From: a phage
Reading direction: 5' to 3' (one strand)
Assembly (NCBI GenBank): GCA_030393635.1
Contig: GCA_030393635.1_4352.1
DNA: 44,340 nt
Part shown: positions 41,974-44,340 of the stretch, one piece after another
Position numbering within the stretch: the first letter of the stretch is position 1
How the letters are laid out: the number at the start of each line of letters is the position of its first letter
The notes under the pieces: generated by a model
Seen by the model: only the letters and a program-made list of their open reading frames with translations
Database searches by the model: none
What the model was told of the DNA's origin: nothing
Position numbers and translations under genes: made by a program

Positions 41974-42656
41974 TATGCTAACCACCGTAAATCATAAGGT
42001 AACGTTTCGCTCCGCGCACCGCAAACGTCACATTCATAAAAGCCAGGCCCGTCACCCATGACGTAACTCCACTCATGCTCACATTCCTGAGTATCGTTTT
42101 TCGGTTTATATTCCTTGTCGTCCCACTCACGTTTACCACATTTAGAGCAAAGCTCACTACCAGGAACGTTGTTCGGATTGCCTTCGCTGAGAAACAACCC
42201 AGGCATAATAATCCAAGAGTGCTCGCATTCCTGAACGTCTTCCTTACGGCAACCGGATTGCTCGGGTCCGTGTTCGCCTACTACGTAGCTCTTCCCTTTA
42301 GGCAGTGGGCCGCCGTGGTTGGTTACACGGTCGAAGTCCTCATTCATTAGTTTTATTGTTTCCTGCAACTCAGCCACCAGCGCCGACGCATCCCGTAACT
42401 GATTCTTAAGTGACAGCACCTCATGGGCCAGGTCTTCGCACTGGTTGTTATTTACCTGTTGCCGTAGGGTGTCTTTCAGCACACGTATTTCGTCGTCCCT
42501 ACCAGCGATATGCTGCTGTAGGTTGTGGATTACCTGCTTGACCTCATCAAGGTCGGATATCTGTACAGACACATTGAAAGATGTGACATCTTTCTTATTT
42601 ACCTGCTGCCGTAGTTGGTCAATCAGGTACTCGAATACTTCGTTTTTGTTACTCAT
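41973..42656 (-). CDS. Coiled-coil protein with two tandem zinc-ribbon modules
   Basis: 227-aa ORF; repeated LRQQVN segments; two ECEHxW...CxxCG modules. Confidence 0.55.
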   Translation of the reverse strand: MSNKNEVFEYLIDQLRQQVNKKDVTSFNVSVQISDLDEVKQVIHNLQQHIAGRDDEIRVLKDTLRQQVNNNQCEDLAHEVLSLKNQLRDASALVAELQETIKLMNEDFDRVTNHGGPLPKGKSYVVGEHGPEQSGCRKEDVQECEHSWIIMPGLFLSEGNPNNVPGSELCSKCGKREWDDKEYKPKNDTQECEHEWSYVMGDGPGFYECDVCGARSETLPYDLRWLA

Positions 42657-42687
42657 CTTCTGTCTCTCCTCTCGTTCATGTAAATGA

Positions 42688-42716
42688 ATAGTAGCCTATT
42701 CTATCTTAGTGTGCAA
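42688..42716 (-). promoter_or_regulatory. Promoter with embedded palindromic operator (minus strand)
   Basis: Minus strand: TTGCAC, 17-bp spacer, TACTAT; palindrome AATAG-TAGC-CTATT at 42687-42700. Confidence 0.6.
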
Positions 42717-42723
42717 GTAAATT

Positions 42724-42900
42724 TTATTGGTGCTGAGTATTCACGTGATGGCACTTTCTACACTTGTGAACAACCTGGCCGCCCAGGTACGAGATTAACT
42801 GTACCTGCTCGCCGCCGCAGTTGGCGCATTTACGGTAACTTCGAGCCGCAGCATCTCGCTTTGTAACACACTCCATAAGTTTCTCGGTGAACGTTTTCAT
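42724..42900 (-). CDS. Small zinc-ribbon protein (58 aa)
   Basis: ATG at 42900 after GGAG; CANCGG and CRKCHH pairs. Confidence 0.4.
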   Translation of the reverse strand: MKTFTEKLMECVTKRDAAARSYRKCANCGGEQVQLISYLGGQVVHKCRKCHHVNTQHQ

Positions 42901-43037
42901 TGTTGCATCTCCTGCAATAGTAGCTTCGATTGTTGCGTTTGGTGAAATAGAACAAAAATGAGAAAAATGATACGCTGCTGTGCAGCAGCGTAAGTCACTC
43001 AGTCAATTAGTAACCTTTTGACCTGTTACACCACCTG

Positions 43038-43241
43038 TTATACCGGCACTGGCGGCTCTGGTAACGGCATCCAGTGGGTAGCCGGCACCCCATGGCATCT
43101 GTCAAGCTCGCACACGAAGCACTTACCGCCTATAACATCTACAACCTTACATACGCCCGACCTAACGACACCACGAAACGCTGTAAGGACCATCTCGCCT
43201 TCTTCCGGCATCCGCTCACTACACTTAATCCACTCGCTCAT
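43038..43241 (-). CDS. DUF551-like phage protein
   Basis: 67-aa ORF; C-terminal HWMPLPEPP is the DUF551 signature. Confidence 0.55.
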   Translation of the reverse strand: MSEWIKCSERMPEEGEMVLTAFRGVVRSGVCKVVDVIGGKCFVCELDRCHGVPATHWMPLPEPPVPV

Positions 43242-43244
43242 AAA

Positions 43245-43388
43245 TCACCTCTGATTCGCAATAAACAACACACCAGCTTTCCACGCCCGCCACGCGAGAC
43301 GCGTCTTAACGTTCAGGTACTCTTTCTTTGAACCCTTGTTAACCGGCAGACCCTCGACGACGGCCCACCGTTCGAATGCTTCTCTCAT
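43245..43388 (-). CDS. Small hypothetical protein (47 aa)
   Basis: ORF filling the gap between neighbours. Confidence 0.3.
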   Translation of the reverse strand: MREAFERWAVVEGLPVNKGSKKEYLNVKTRLAWRAWKAGVLFIANQR

Positions 43389-43391
43389 AAC

Positions 43392-43595
43392 TTAGTCCCC
43401 ATCATCTTCTAAGTCAGGGTACACTATGAAACCCCCAAGCCTTTGCAACTCAGCGCCAGCCATAAAATAACCAAGTGCTTCGGCTCTTTCGGAATCGGTT
43501 TTAAACTCAGACAGAGGATATCTTTCGTAGAACTTGTTAATTAATAACGCCTGGTCAAACTTAGTCGCATCATAATTTTTCATACCAACCCCCAC
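43392..43595 (-). CDS. Hypothetical small protein
   Basis: 67-aa ORF. Confidence 0.4.
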   Translation of the reverse strand: MGVGMKNYDATKFDQALLINKFYERYPLSEFKTDSERAEALGYFMAGAELQRLGGFIVYPDLEDDGD

Positions 43596-43694
43596 AATGC
43601 GTGCGTCACATAAACGACGCTGACAATTAAAATATTATTCACGGCAACCCCCCTCAGAGTCGTCGGCACGAGCATCATGATTCGATGCCGTCTG

Positions 43695-43853
43695 TTAGTG
43701 TTCAACTTCCACCCCGTCTTTCGTTACATGGAAATAAATCTTAGGTAAATGCTTGTACTTGCTAATCCACATCTCTGCGCCAGCTAAAGTAGAAAACTCT
43801 TTAGCTAATATCGTCCGCGTCGATTCTTTTGATTTAATCTCAACTCTAAACAT
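43695..43853 (-). CDS. Small hypothetical protein (52 aa)
   Basis: Start overlaps the upstream stop (TGATG). Confidence 0.3.
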   Translation of the reverse strand: MFRVEIKSKESTRTILAKEFSTLAGAEMWISKYKHLPKIYFHVTKDGVEVEH

Positions 43854-44053
43854 CACTTCGCCCCTTTGAATTTAAAATTGTTGCCGATGAGTTTTAAATT
43901 CTCTTCCGCTACGTATACCACCGAATTTACTCCTCTCACCTTTTGCACAGTAACTACGTACTCTCCCGGAAATAAAGCAGATTTTAATTCAATCACACCG
44001 TGTTTACCGTCGGCGCATTTAACCAACTGACCCTTCTTAAACATAACCCTCAC
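43853..44053 (-). CDS. Hypothetical protein, first gene of a minus-strand operon
   Basis: 66-aa ORF with GGAGTGAGGG RBS, directly downstream of the promoter at 44079..44107. Confidence 0.5.
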   Translation of the reverse strand: MRVMFKKGQLVKCADGKHGVIELKSALFPGEYVVTVQKVRGVNSVVYVAEENLKLIGNNFKFKGAK

Positions 44054-44078
44054 TCCTCTGTCTCGTCTCGATAAGTGA

Positions 44079-44107
44079 ATAGTACCCTATTATGTTGGGG
44101 CGTGCAA
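44079..44107 (-). promoter_or_regulatory. Promoter with embedded palindromic operator (minus strand)
   Basis: Minus strand: TTGCAC, 17-bp spacer, TACTAT; palindrome AATAG-TACC-CTATT at 44078-44091. Confidence 0.6.
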
Positions 44108-44249
44108 GAGAATAGTTACGTTGCCGTTGTGATTCTTCAGGCGGGGGTTGTGCCTTTATTCTTATTACTTGGTAACTAAAGGGCAGGCCCTAAGCCTGCC
44201 CAATAATCGTTACATTTTTACGGTTGCGAATCTACGGCACATTAAGAAA

Positions 44250-44340
44250 ATCAGATACTTAAGATATATGCCGCCGATGAGCATAGAGCTTGCCCAGGGC
44301 AACTGGAGATACTTAGGAAGGAAAGTTACGATAATTCTCG
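44250..44340. repeat. Second copy of the 91-bp end repeat
   Basis: Matches 1..91; implies a unit genome of about 44,249 bp. Confidence 0.9.

Noticed and set aside
42684-42866. 60-aa plus-strand ORF
   Set aside because: Overlaps a promoter and is antisense to a better-supported minus-strand zinc-ribbon ORF (42724..42900) that has an RBS.
1-44340. Integrase or lysogeny module
   Set aside because: No tyrosine or serine recombinase-like ORF found; the HTH at 292..462 and the XRE gene at 3010..3225 are better explained as transcription regulators.

Overview
The window is a complete, circularly wrapped genome of a tailed dsDNA phage of roughly 44,249 bp: positions 1..91 are repeated at 44250..44340. 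Gene content and regulatory motifs suggest an enterobacterial siphovirus; the exact taxon cannot be fixed without a database search. Layout: (i) a plus-strand replication module (292..12443) with a primase/helicase, a Cas4-like PD-(D/E)XK exonuclease, a T7 gp2.5-like SSB, a family-A DNA polymerase, a VRR-NUC nuclease, a cytosine-5 methyltransferase-like gene and a SNF2 helicase; (ii) minus-strand tail genes (12476..21489); (iii) a plus-strand accessory cassette (21656..24052) with an Imm-like membrane protein, a metallophosphoesterase, a HAD phosphatase and a dNMP kinase; (iv) minus-strand tail/connector/capsid genes and an overlapped spanin pair (24081..30944); (v) a second plus-strand cassette (31322..32522) with a PAPS-reductase-like gene; (vi) minus-strand head-morphogenesis, portal and terminase genes (32551..37411); (vii) a minus-strand block of small, translationally coupled genes with the holin/endolysin cassette (37630..44053). 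No integrase, tRNA or CRISPR array was seen. The most unusual observations are a methyltransferase whose conserved motifs are split across two overlapping reading frames, a recurring AATAG-N4-CTATT palindrome inside at least eight promoter-like sites, and a shared acidic EEDLE C-terminal tail on three replication proteins. All calls are from reading the sequence and ORF translations; no searches were run.
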